From Neocallimastix sp. 'constans' (lineage: Eukaryota): 64,000 nucleotides of DNA. The stretch is from positions 62,001 to 126,000 of the forward strand of contig JBODTK010000142.1 of the NCBI GenBank assembly GCA_050613775.1, written 5' to 3'. The translations under genes and the position numbers were made by a program. Position 1 is the first letter of the stretch; the number at the start of each line of letters is the position of its first letter. Below, in pieces: positions 28,940-42,744 of the stretch. Under the pieces are notes generated by a model that was given only the letters and a program-made list of their open reading frames with translations, had not been told where the DNA came from and ran no database searches.

Positions 28940-30247
28940 TATTTAATATTGCTTAGAATTGTTTTTTTAAATTAGAAATTAAACTAATTAAAATCTCATA
29001 AGATTTTAATTAAAAAAAAAATTTAAATTTAAATTGAAATATACATTTTCTTTTCTTTTTTTTTTTTTTTATTCGAAAATCAATGAAACATTTTTTTTTA
29101 AAAAAAATATATTATATTATATTATATTATAGATGATAATTAATTTGTTGAAAATTATATAAAAGAATAATGATAATTAATTATTTGTATATCATTAAGA
29201 AATAAAATTGACATTATATTTCTAAATAAAAGATAGATTTTATTTTTTTAAAGTAATTTCTGCATTTATAATAAAATTAAAATTATTAATAACTATTATA
29301 TGCTATAATAGTTATAAAAAAAATCATTAAAACTGAATAAAATCAAAATTAAATCAAAAATTAGAAAAAATAGAAGTTAGAAATAATAACAAAAATATTT
29401 ATGAAATAAATTTCAGAAAATAAAAAGTTTATATATTTATTCATATAAAAAAAATTAGCATAAAGAAATTTAATTTAAAAGAAACTATAATTTATTATTA
29501 TTAATTTATAATATTAAAATTATAAATTTTTTAACTAATTTATAATATTCTCTATTATAATATATATAATATTTTATAAAATAATATTCTTTATTACATT
29601 GTATTGAATATAGTTATTGGTTAGATTATTTCCTATCTATTCAAGGTCATGAATTATTTTGTGAAGTCGAAGAAAGTTATATATTAGATAGATTTAACTT
29701 AACCGGTTTAAATACAGAAGTTGAACACTTCCATTATGCTCTTCAATTAATTACTGATTCATTAGAAGAAGAAATTGAAGATGCAAATTTACGCCATGAA
29801 ATAGAAAAATCAGCTGTTAAGCTTTATGGTTTAATTCATGCACGTTACATTATTACTAACAGAGGATTAGCACGAATGGTTGAAAAGTTTAGACGTGGTG
29901 ATTTTGGTAAATGTCCACGTGTTCTCTGTCAACGTCAACATGTTTTACCAGTTGGCCTTACTGATGTTCCATTCCAAAAATCTGTTCGTTTATATTGTCC
30001 ACGTTGTGAAGATATATATTTCTCAAGTAATAAAAAACATAATTGCATTGATGGTGCTTTCTTCGGCACTACGTTCCCTCATCTTTTACTTCAAGTTTAT
30101 CCACAATTTATTCCAATTAGAACTCAAGAACGTTATGTTCCAAAGATTTTTGGTTTTAAAATTCATGAAATTGCTGAACAACATAGAAAACAAGATGAAA
30201 TTTATAAAGAAAATATGAAAAGAATAGAAGCTGCACCAGAAGAGTAA
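27926..30247 (+). CDS. CKB: Casein kinase II regulatory (beta) subunit; exons 27926-27929, 28406-28439, 29614-30247
   Basis: SSGSDYTRYWLDYF...ELFCEVEESYILDRFNLTGL...LYGLIHARYIIT...FGKCPRVLC...LYCPRCEDIY...IDGAFFGTTFPHL...YVPKIFGFKIH. The first micro-exon is inferred from splice phase. Confidence 0.95.
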
Positions 30248-30403
30248 ATCAATTAATAAATTAGTAGAAAATAAATAAATAATTAATTAATTAATTAATT
30301 AATTAATAATTAATAATTAAATAATAAAAAATAATTAAAAGAAAAAAAATAGAAGGAAAATAAAACATATATATATATATAAATAAAAAGTATAAAAATA
30401 AAA

Positions 30404-30449
<46 letters not shown>

Positions 30450-30992
30450 TAAAAAATTAAAAAAAAAAAAAAAAATAAATAAAAAAAATAAAAAAAATAA
30501 AATTAAAATTAAAATTAAAAAAAAATAAAATAATATATAACAAAAACATTAATTTTCATTTTTATTATATTATAGAAATAAATAAATAAATATTAACAAT
30601 AATTATAATATTAAATATGTATATATACTGTTTAAATTTAATTTTAAAATATAAGCATTATTATCTATAATTTAAACAATTATATTCTTAAATGAATTAA
30701 TAAAATTAATTATTATATATGCTTATTATATGGATATTTAAAAAATTTTCGAAAATTTTTATTATTTTTATTGTTATTATTATTATGTATTTATAATTTA
30801 TATATATTTTTTATTAATAAATACTAAATTAAAAATTTTAACTAGGCCTTACAAAATATATTATTATTAATAAAATTAAAAAAAAGTGGAAGAATTATGA
30901 CTGACAAGAAATGTGGTTTAAATGTCATTTAAATTATAATTAATCTTTTTTTTTTTTTTTTTTTATTATTATTATTATTTTTATTTTATTTA

Positions 30993-31256
30993 TTTTTTTT
31001 TTTTTTACAACCATAATTATTATGAACTTTAAACTTTATTTATTTATTCATTTACTAATTACATAAATATTTTTTTTATAAAAAACGCTCTACTAATAAA
31101 AATAAATATTATTTGAACATAATAATGTTTAAAATACTAATGTGAAATAAAAGTAATATTCAAAATAAAGTGTATAAATAAATTCAAAAAAAAGTCCATA
31201 TACAACGAACCTCACTTCCAGATTATAAGATTTCTGTTTTTAGGGGAATTCTTATT
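30993..31256 (-). mobile_element. Short LINE 3'-UTR copy with poly(A)
   Basis: Collinear with ~12185-12445 (shared aaactttatttatttattca and tgtataaataaattca.aaaaaagtccatat). Poly(T) at 30993-31006. Confidence 0.8.
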
Positions 31257-31575
31257 ATTGAATTAACTATCATCAATGAGTAATTAATCTATTTAAAATT
31301 TTTAAATATATATAAAGAAATAAATTTTTTTTTTTTTTTACTGGATTGATTCAAACAATTCATAAATATTTTATAAAATAAAATTTTTATCGTATAATAT
31401 TAGAAAGGAATATAAAAAATAAAAAATAAAAAAATTTTTAGTATTATTTATTTTTTTTTATATTTATAGTATTATAATTTTATAATAAAGAATATGTATA
31501 ATAATATATTATTTAAATTGTATTACATTTATTATTTTTTTGAGATTTTAAAAATATCAATATTATTACTATTAT

Positions 31576-31579
<4 letters not shown>

Positions 31580-31610
<31 letters not shown>

Positions 31611-32582
31611 CTAGGAATAAACTTTATTTAATAATATATTTTTTTAAAAAATACATGAAATTTAAATACATGAAATTTTTTTATATTAATATTAAAAAAC
31701 TACGTTATGAGCTTCGAGGACGAAAAGGCCTCTAACTCTTCCCATTCATCGAAGATAACCCCATGTGGATGAAAATTATCATTCGAATCTGTATCAGAAT
31801 TTCTTCTTTGCCTTATCGTTACGACGTCGACACTCTTGACAACGGTAGGTCTAACACTATACATATCGATCATGGTGTAAAAATCACCAATCACAATAGG
31901 CATAACGTTAGTAAGGAATTCCGCAAGCCCCACAAAATATGAAATCGGGAAAGAAGACTCGTTCGAAGGTGATTGAAAAATATTATTAATAAGTCGCCTT
32001 CTTTCCCCCGAGCCGATCTTTAAGATTTCAAATACTGCATTTCCGCCAAGAAGGATACACAGCACGTAAAAATTGATATTATCATCAAAATCTTCCTCTT
32101 TATCATCAGGAATGTTCAATGATTTCTCATGAACAATTAGAGAAAAATTAATAAAAATTTCATCAACAAAGGGAATGAAATGTTGCCTAAATTCTTCAAA
32201 TTTAGGACATAAAAGTATCCAGTGTGTAAAACTAGGTATGCTGTTACTCTCACCACAACAAGGGCAGTATGTTGGGCAATTTTCTGATACTAGATTACTT
32301 TTAACATACGTTTTTACATCAAATTTGAATCCACATTTAATTCGTCCAATCCAAAAAAATCCAAGAGAAAATTGTGAATATTTAAGTGATAGACGATGAA
32401 TAAATTTTTTAAAACCAAATTTAAATTTCTTGTATTTTGTAGATCTGATCGCAGGAGTGCTTGAATAATGAATATTTTCCCAGTAAAACTTCCTTATTTC
32501 TCCAGGAAGTTTATTACTGTGCTTGTGTACTGCTAAACTCCGTGCTTTTTTCGTCCAAGAATAGTGAGAAAGTGTAGGTATA
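31580..32582 (-). mobile_element. Young 5'-truncated LINE with intact ORF2 C-terminus, poly(A) and 13-bp TSD
   Basis: TSD tactattataaat at 31567-31579 and 32583-32595, and poly(T) up to 31607. A stop-free frame runs from ~32582 to 31700 and includes the CCHC knuckle CPCCGESNSIPSFTHWILLCP and LLGG, typical of non-LTR ORF2 ends. Confidence 0.9.
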
Positions 32583-33315
32583 TACTATTATAAATAATAA
32601 TAAATATTAATTAAAAAATTTATAACTTTTATTAATTTTATTTATAATAAATTACTTAATTTAATGATAAATTACATTTCATTTTCTATTAAAGTTGTTT
32701 TTTATTAAGATTCCTTTTAACAATTTTTATAGAAATATATATATAATCACTAATGAACATCCTTTTAATTTATATTTTAAATACTTTTTTTTCTTATTAA
32801 ATTTTCACACTAACAAAACATTTATAATTTATAACACAATTAAATTTAAAAAATTCATGCATTTATTTTCTTTTTTTTTTAAAAAAAAAATTGTCAATTT
32901 TATTTAATTTTTTTTTTTGATATTTTTTTTTATTTGGGTTTTTATTCCTTATTTCATCTTTTTTTTTTTTTATTGTTTCTTTTAATAAATAATATACTAA
33001 TACTTTGAATATAAATAAATTTATTATTTATATTATTAATATTAATGATTATTTTTGAATATTATTTCTTAATTATAAAATTATTCTCGTGTTTATTTTT
33101 TTACAATTTTTTTTAACATTTTTTTTTCTTCATTATTTTCAATTACCAATAATAAAAAAAATTATTTTTTCTTTTTTATGTATTGATAACTGTATTATAT
33201 ATTATTGTATAATTTTTGTTGATTTATACAAGATTGGAATTAAAAATCTTATTAAATATTATTTACTAATATAATAAATAAAAAACTTTTTTTATTTTTA
33301 TACATATTTAGCTGT

Positions 33316-35767
33316 TTAATGGTGGAAAAGACGATAGTTTGTGAAACATAAAGTCATGTTCTTGTTGTTAGCTTCTTCAATAACAACTGGGTCTTGAACA
33401 GATCCACTTGGAGCAGCAACATACTTAACACCACTTTGGCTGGCACGTTGAATATTATCTGGGAATGGGAAGAATGCATCACTACTAACAACAACATCAG
33501 TGTTTTTGCTGATCCATTCCTTCTTTTCTTCAGCAGATAACATTTCTGGTTCAGTTTCGAAGCATTGCTTCCATTGTTCTAAATTATCAATTTGGTTAGT
33601 AATGTATTGATCAATACAGTTAGAACGTTCGGCACGCTTAACAGACTTTTTAAAGTTGAAAGCAAGAATCTTTGGGTGGAAACGGCACCAAACATTATCA
33701 GCCTTGTCACCAGCTAAACGAGTACAGTGGACACGACTTTGTTGACCAGCACCAAGACCAACAACCATACCGTTCTTAGCATAACAAACAGAGTTGGACT
33801 GAGTAAACTTAAGAGCAATGGTAGCAACAATTAAATCACGAATAGCAGATTCTGGAAGATTCTTGTTTGCAGAAACAATATTATTGAAAACATCCTTAGT
33901 GATCTTTAAGTTGTTTCTCTTTTGTTGTAAATACATTCCAAAAACTTGACGAGTTTCCATTTCTTCTGGCTCGTAATTTGGATCAATTTGTAAAATGCAA
34001 TATCTACCTCCCTTCTTCTTCTTTAAAACTTCTAAGGCATCAGCATTGTAACCTGGAGCAATGATACCATCAGAAACTTCACGAGAGATAATTTTTGCAG
34101 TGGCTAAATCACATGGATCAGAAAGAGCAATCCAATCACCAAATGATGACATACGGTCTGCACCACGAGCACGAGCATATGCGCAGGCTAGTGGAGTTAA
34201 TGGAACAGAAAGATCATTAACCATGAAAACTTTAGCTTCATCATCAGTTAATGGAATACCTACAGCGGCACCAGCTGGAGAAACATGCTTGAATGAGGCA
34301 GCAGCTGGAAGACCAAGAGCTTCCTTCAATTCCTTAACTAATGGGTAGGAGTTGAAAGCATCTAAAAGATTAATGTAACCTGGACTACCAGCTAAGACCT
34401 TGAATGGAAGTTCTGACTTAGTAGTGAAAACACAAGCTGGCTTTTGGTATGGATTAGCACCATAACGGAGTTCTAATCTAGAAACACCTTCAGCATATTG
34501 CTTTCTAAAGTAACCAGAAATAGCAGTATCGTATTCAGCAGTATGAGAGAATGCTTTAACAGCGAACTTATTTCTAAGTTCTTGAGAAACAGTAGCCTTA
34601 CCAGTTTCTTTGTAGTTTTTCTTTAATTCAGTAAGGAATTCTGAATAATCATTTGGATCACAAAGAATGGTAACACGAGCATGATTCTTAGCAGCAGCAC
34701 GAAGAAGAGTAACACCACCTTTTTTATGTTAATTATTAAATTTTTTTATTATGTTAATTTATTTAATTTCAATATTTAAATTCTTATGAAAATAATAAAT
34801 TTCTTACCAATATCAACTTCTTCAACTGCTTCTGGAATAGTGACATCTGGTCTAGCAATACATTTTTGGAATGGATAAAGGTTACAAGCAACAAAGTCGA
34901 TCATATTATAACCTCTGTTTTTCATTTCTTCGATATCGGATTCAATTTCTCTTGCTAAGATACCTATTTATATGTAAATATTATTTATTATTAATTATTA
35001 TATTAAATTATAACATTTCCATATAATAAACATTATCTTTTACAAATGCAAACCTCCATGAACAGCTGGATGAAGGGTCTTAACACGACCGCCTAACATT
35101 TCTGGGGCCTTAGTTATATCAGCGACATCACTTTTTTTTTATAAAAATACACATTTTATAATATAACAATTTATTAATTTTACATTTTTTAAAATTTTAT
35201 TTAAAGTATTTTATCAAGATTTAAATATGAATCTCATATTAATTATTTCATAATTTAAGATTTATTGAATTATTTCTAATTATAACAATATTTACATGAC
35301 TGGAAGACCAGCTTCACGAATGGCTCTAGATGTACCACCAGAAGCAACTAATGTAACACCAACTTCATTTAAACCTTTAGCTAAGTCAATAAGACCGGTT
35401 TTATCGGATAATGAAAGAAGGGCTTTTACAATATTATTTTATAATTTTTAAAATTATTAGTTTTACTTTTTTTTTGTAAATTACTTTTTATTAATTTTAA
35501 ATCATATAAATTTTTTGAATATATATATATTTAAATGATTTAATCTAACGTATTCTTTTTTACTTTTTTTTTTTTTTTTATTTCTTATTTTATTATTTCC
35601 ACTATTATTTATTATTTTATTATTATTGTCTTTTTTTTTTACCATTATTAATATAATGATTATATAATCACTACTATAATCTAAAATCTATATATAATAT
35701 TATAAAATTAAATCTCCACTATTATCAATTTTATCAATTTTGATATTTTACCGTATCTAGTATCCAT
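33316..35767 (-). CDS. ADE17: Bifunctional AICAR transformylase/IMP cyclohydrolase (PurH/ATIC), 5 exons
   Basis: [118 protein letters not shown]. Confidence 0.97.
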
Positions 35768-35807
35768 TTTAATATTTAATATTTAATAAGAATAATTTGT
35801 AGTGAAG

Positions 35808-35839
<32 letters not shown>

Positions 35840-36735
35840 GAAAAATATAAAAAAAAAAAAAAAATTACGCCAATCGTTTTTTAAGTAATGAATTAATCTC
35901 AATTATATTATAATATATATCTATAATATAATATGAAAAAAATATATATTATAAATTATAATCAAAATATATTAAAATTTGGCAAATATTTAAAAAAAAA
36001 ATCTTTTAATCTTTTATTATATATATATTGATTATTAATAGCCTTTTTCAAAAATTTAATAATTTTTTGAGTATATATATTTTTTTAATTTAATATTCTT
36101 TTTTAAAGTTTCAAAATTTACATTTATTATATAATTAATATCTTAGTTATATTAAATAAAAAAATATTTAATATTTTTTTTTTCCACTATTATCGTTTCA
36201 AAGTTATCTTTAAATTTAATGTTTTTAATATATAAAATACTAAACCTAAAGAAAAACAATAAAATTATTTAAAACATAATATTTAAATTATAAATATTAT
36301 AAACAGTTTTTAATTATGAAATTATTTAAAAACTTTTCCAAGAATAAATTTTTTATTTATATTATAAATTCTGGAATTTTATTCAATACGATATTAAATT
36401 TGTATATATATTTTTAGGGTATGATAATTTCTTTGTTTTAAAACATTTATTATATTTTTTATTAATTAAAAAATTAAATCTCTGATTTTGATAGTATAGA
36501 TAATTATTAAATTGGAAAGTTCTAATATAATAGATTTTTTAAAAATATTATATATTATTAGTATATATATTAGTTTATGTATTAGTATATATTATTTTAC
36601 AAGTTTTTAGGGGATTATTTGAACATGCCAAACTAATATATTAATATATAATATCATATTTTCTTTTAGAAATATTGTTTTATCAACATATATTTTTTAT
36701 CAATTCATTTGTGTAACAATTTACAAAAGATCAAT

Positions 36736-37060
36736 CCAATGCCTCTGAAGGAGAAGACCATAATTTCTTTCAGATAGTCAATTCAAACCCTAATCCATAA
36801 GGAGGTTGAGGTTCGTTAAATATAAACTTTTTTCTGAATTTATTTATACACTTATTTTTGATTATTACTTTTTATTTCACGTTACTATTTCATTTATTAT
36901 TATGTTCATATTGGACAAATAATATTTATTTATTTTATTAACTCCGTGTTTTTTTATTTTTATTAAAATTAAAAGTATTCATACATTTTATATAAGAATA
37001 AATAAATAAAGATTAAAGTTCGCAATAATTGCGGCTATAAAAAAAAAAAAAAAAAAAAAA
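36736..37060 (+). mobile_element. 325-bp retroposed LINE 3' end with A22 tail and 15-bp TSD
   Basis: TSD ttacaaaagatcaat at 36721-36735 and 37061-37075. The body is the reverse-complement homologue of ~12190-12510 with an internal deletion. Confidence 0.9.
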
Positions 37061-37719
37061 TTACAAAAGATCAATTAAAAAATTCAATTTATTAATGAAA
37101 TTTATTAATAAAAATTGATGAAATGTTATACTAAAAATTAATTATGAAAATCAATTCTATAATTTTACTAGTGTTGATTTTATTAAGTTCAGAAATAAAA
37201 TTTATTTTTAGTATTTATAATAAAAAAAATAGTGAACTTTCTAATCTTATTAGACTTTCTTAGGATACATTATCTTAACAAAAAGGCCGTTAAAGAAATT
37301 TAAGATGTCAACTCTGAGTGCTAGTGCCTTATAAAAATTAATATTCATGGCATAGAACAACCTATATTTTTAAAGATTCATCATTATATAAGTTTATTAA
37401 AATAGTAAAATCAAAGCATGTGATTTTAAAAAATTTATTACATATTAATATGTATTTATAAAATTTAATAAAATAAATTAATATTTCATTTTTTTATATA
37501 AATTATGAAATGATACAATGATACACTTTGAACCAAAACAAACAATATATATAAAAATAAAAATTAAACAATAATTTTCACATAATATATATATATTTTT
37601 TAGAAGAAATTTAAAATTTTAATAAATTTAATGCATATAATTATTATTAATGAACTATTTAAATTTAAAATTATTTTATTAAATATCAAAAAAATTTTAA
37701 ATTGAATTTAAAGTAATCC

Positions 37720-37752
<33 letters not shown>

Positions 37753-37856
37753 AAAATTAAAGTTTAAAAATAAAAGATAAATAATAATTCATATAACAAT
37801 AAATTAAAAATTATAAATAAACTACATTGATAATAAATAGGAAGATTATAATAAAG

Positions 37857-38582
37857 ATGATACTCAAATTTATTATAATATATTTTAATGTCTTTTTAGG
37901 TATATAGTTATTATATTATACTATTATATTATAGTATTATTTTTATTTCTATTAATATTAATAATATTATTGTTGCTATTGCTATTTTTGAATTTAAAAT
38001 TATTTATTATTAATTATTATTAATAATACCGTTATGATGAATGGAAATGATTATTTAAAAATTATCCAATTTCTAAAAAAATTTATTTATAATATTTTAA
38101 AAATATAAATATAAAAAATAAATAGTATATTGTAATATAGCAACAAAGCCAAAAGATATCGATTGGCTTGATTATTCAATAAAACAAAAAATTCAAGGCA
38201 TTTCTGTATTTACAAAGCTTTTAAATGCAACGAATGAAATAGGAAGTCAATGTAAAATAATAAAATAAATTTTATTTTTTAGAATAATTGTTTTTTTTTG
38301 TTATTATTAATTATATAGAATAATAAAATAATTTATATTTACATATTATATACATGTATATTATGTTTATGGGATTAAATAGCAAGTTCAGTTACAGCAC
38401 CGATTTTTGGAATTTATGATGAATCCGATATAGAAGAATTTAAAAGTGAAAAAATATCAGGAAAGTATGCTGTAGTGATTGATTCAAATTTTGTTAATAG
38501 GTAAATTTTTCTTTATTTATTATGTAAGAATAATATTTTATATGTATATGGATAAATTTTTAATAATAATAATAATAATAAT

Positions 38583-38653
<71 letters not shown>

Positions 38654-41600
38654 TGATGATGATGATGATGATGATGATAATGACAATAACAATATAATCA
38701 TATAATGTGCAATTAAGGGAAAATTTAAAGAAATTAGAAGCAACAAAAAAGGTTGCAGGAATTGTTGTTTTAGTAAAAGATATTTTTTCCACTCTTATGA
38801 ATAGTTATTCGCCAGATAAAGAATGTCCAAATTGTGAATTTGGAATGGTAAAATTCTTTTTTAAAAACTATTCTTTTACTGATTATCTTTTAAATAAGAA
38901 AAATTATTAATCAAAATTACCATTATTATATATATATATAATACAGTATAGTGGAGAAAAAGCTAATTATAAATGGAATAAATTGGTAAATTAAATATTT
39001 ATACATAAATTATATTTATAAAAAAGGTATTAAAATTTATATCAAAATAGGGTGATGGATTATTATATGAAAATTTTAATTTCCCAATATTCAGTGTTTA
39101 TAACAATACAGATGATTCAAATGCTTACCTAGGATTTAAATCTATTATTGAAGTATATATGAAAATATAGTCCAAAAAATAATTAATAAATACTTATATA
39201 ATACTAATACTGAATAATAAATTATATTTATTAATTTTTAATTTAATTTTTTATAATTGAACATAAAATTTAGGCTTCATATTATAATAAACTTAAAGAA
39301 TATAAAAAATATCCATTATATACTCTTAAATTTAACTCATTTATGTTTGCATCAGGAAATGCAAAGACCTGTTTAGCAAGAGGTATGTTTAAATCTTTTA
39401 TTTATTGTAATTCTTTAATACTTATTATATTGATACTAATTAATAATAATAAAGAACATTGTGATCCTGTAGGTGAAAATTCAGTTTGGGGAAGTTTTTC
39501 AAACAAAATTGATTCAAAAGATGGGAAAAAAATCATTATATTATCATCACAACTTGATGGAAATAGTTTATTTCATGATTTTACAAATGGTGTTGATAGT
39601 CAATTAGCTGGAACTGTAGCAAATTTAGCTATAATTGATGCATTATCAAAAGTAAAAAAACATTCAGTATTTATTATTTGTACAATTGTTTATTTATTTA
39701 CTAATTTGTAATATATAAATATATTATTTTATTTATTATAAGTCACCAATACCAATTGAGAAATTTCCATATCATATAGTATTCACGTTTTTTAATGGTG
39801 AATCTTATGGATATGGAGGCTCACAAAGATTTGTACAAGACATTTCATCTTTTGAATGTAAAACTCAGGACTCAGATAAATTAAGATGTCCAAAATCGGC
39901 ATCTTGTAAAAATCCTTGTATGTTTGTGGATGATTTTAAAAATATTACTTTAGATAATATAAAAAGTATTATTGAATTGAATCAATTTTCATGTAATGAA
40001 TGTGAATTCGTCAATTATTATATGCATGTTGATGATGAAACTGATCCTGAAAATTTAAAAATTACAAACTTAATATCAAAAGTATCCAAAAGTAGTAATT
40101 ATAATTTCAATGCCATGAATTATGATCAAGAAATAGTTACAGAATATAATGATAATGTAAATATTAATAAAAAAGATATAAATATAGTTGGAAATAATAT
40201 CAAAAAAATGAATGGAAATATTACAAATACAAATGCAGAAGTAGAAACCATAGAAAATAATATCGATGAATCTCATTTTATGTATTTTGGAATCCAACCT
40301 GCATGGGATACTTCAAATATAGGATTACCTCCATCAAGTTCACAATCATTTTTAAAGAAAAAAAAAATTCCAGCAGTAGTTATTAGTGATTTCCAAAAAG
40401 AATTTTCAAATCCGTAATATTAAAAAGAGTTATAAAATTTTATAAAAATTAAAAAGTGTAAAAACTTATTAATTATAAGATAAATTAATACTAACAAATA
40501 AAAAAATAAATATCTTCATATATATATATATTAAATAGATATTATCATAGTGTATTTGATATAAACCCAGTTAATGCTAATTATGGTAATACAATATGTA
40601 AATCAGCTGATATTATAGCAAAAACATTATGGTTATATGCCCAAGATAAAATATCAGATACCGATATAAATACTATACCAAAATCAATTAAAATTGACTG
40701 TGATTATGTAATTATTATTTAAAATTATATATTTATTTATTTGTTTATTTATTTATTAATTATTATAATCATATATAATAAATAAATATTTAAAATATAT
40801 TATATTGTTTGAATATAAACAAACAGGTTAATACATTAATGGGATGTCTTTCTGTTAATTTAAATTGTACATTGGTACATGAATTAATTTCACCAAATAT
40901 GAAATATAAATTAAGTAAGATTATTAATATAAATATGTCATATATAAAATTAAACATAGTAGAATAATATTAATAAATGCATGTTATAAATTTATTAAAA
41001 GATGATAACATAAAAAGGTATAGTCATTATTCTGGTGTCTATAATACAAAATCACTTAATGGTGTAATAAATGATAATTTTAATTATGATGCATGGCTAG
41101 TAAATTATGCTCTTATAAAATCAACCGGTACTTTTACTGATACAAAATGTGAACATATAAATAACTGTACAACTATTTTAGAGGTAATAATTGTTAATTT
41201 TATTAAAATTTAATAATTAATAATAAAAAATTTAAATTTTCATAGTAATTAATTTATATTTAATAGTATCCTGATTATAAAAATTTTAATGATAAAAAAA
41301 AAGAAGAAATAAATTCTATACCATATTCAAAAAGACAGTACAAATGTATAAATGGTTATTGTGTGAAAGGTAAAGCTTATTCCCATCCTGCATATGGAAT
41401 AGGATTAGAGTATAATTCAGAAACTGGAAAATTTGATGTAAAAAATACAACGGAATCAACATGGACAGAGAGCAGGTTGTTATTAATATTTTATATTAAA
41501 ATATTAAATTAATTAAATATTATATTCCCAACTAACATTATTTTAATAAAAAAATAACCATCAATAAATGAAATATTCAATTTATTAGATCATCTGAATA

Positions 41601-41739
41601 TACGTTAAGTATTTTTTTATCTAGGTCAAAAACGCCTGAGTATATTGAACTATTTATCGGTATTCTATTTGTAGCATTAACAATATTAATATATCATTTA
41701 ATAAGAAATTATACAATAAAGGTTTTGAAAATTGCATGA
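37857..41739 (+). CDS. NCSTN: Nicastrin (gamma-secretase subunit), multi-exon type I membrane protein
   Basis: Hydrophobic N-terminus, then KLLNATNEIGSQ, YSPDKECPN, WNKLGDGLLYENFNFPIF, CDPVGENSVW, LDGNSLFHD, FFNGESYGYGGSQRFVQDI (DYIGS region), LPPSS...FSNPYYHSVFD, STWTESR, and a C-terminal TM helix with a short tail. Confidence 0.92.
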
Positions 41740-41866
41740 ATTTGATGATAAATTAAAAATTATTAATAAAATAATAATATTATTCGTATCTTATTAATAT
41801 TTTTTATTTTAATATTTATGTAATTTACTATTTAAAAAACATTCTTAATATTAATCATATCATAAA

Positions 41867-41897
<31 letters not shown>

Positions 41898-42744
41898 ACA
41901 TAAATGAAAAATAAGTAGTTTTTTTTAAAAAAAATAAAAAATAAAATAAAATTTGTTAATTATCTGTACATATTAATATTTAGAAAATAATAATTAAAAA
42001 AATAAAAAAGTATATATATACAAATGTACTTAAATTTATGTTAATATTTATATGTAAATCATTTTTCTAATATTATTTAGTATTATATTTTATTAAAACT
42101 TAATCTTATTTATTTTATATGAATACTATTTAATATTTAAATTTTATATTTAATTTATTATTAATTAACTATTTAATAATTAATGATTTTTTTTTTATTT
42201 TTATTTTTATTTTGAATTTTTTTTTCTTTTTTTTACTTTTTTTTTTATTTTTTTTTTATTTTATTTTATTATTTAATTATTAATATTTTATTTTATTTTT
42301 TTTTTTTAATTTTTAATTTGTTATCTTTATTTATTTATTTATTTATTATTATTTTATTTTATTTATTTTTTTTCTTTAAAAAAAAAAAAAAAGTATTGTA
42401 TTTATTATACTATTTTTTTTTTTTTTTTTTAATTTTATTTATATATATATATAATTTTGTAAATTTATATAAATATTAATTTTTTTAATTTCTGAGATAA
42501 TTTTTGTTTTGTATTTTTGTTTTTATCTTTTTATTATTTAATCTATAATTATTTATTGCTTTGCTATTTCTTTTTTAATATCCTAATAAGAAAAAAAAAA
42601 AAAAAATAAATAAAAGTATAATAATAAATTAATTTATAATAATATTAAATATTTTTATAATTTTTATAATTTTATTGTTTTTATATTTACTATTTCTTTA
42701 ATAAGTACTTTAAAAAATTTTTTTTTTCATAATGTCGTTAAAAC

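Noticed and set aside
37240..37400. Gypsy-like RT remnant (FLGYII)
   Set aside because: Only a six-residue motif in broken frames, too little to support a call.
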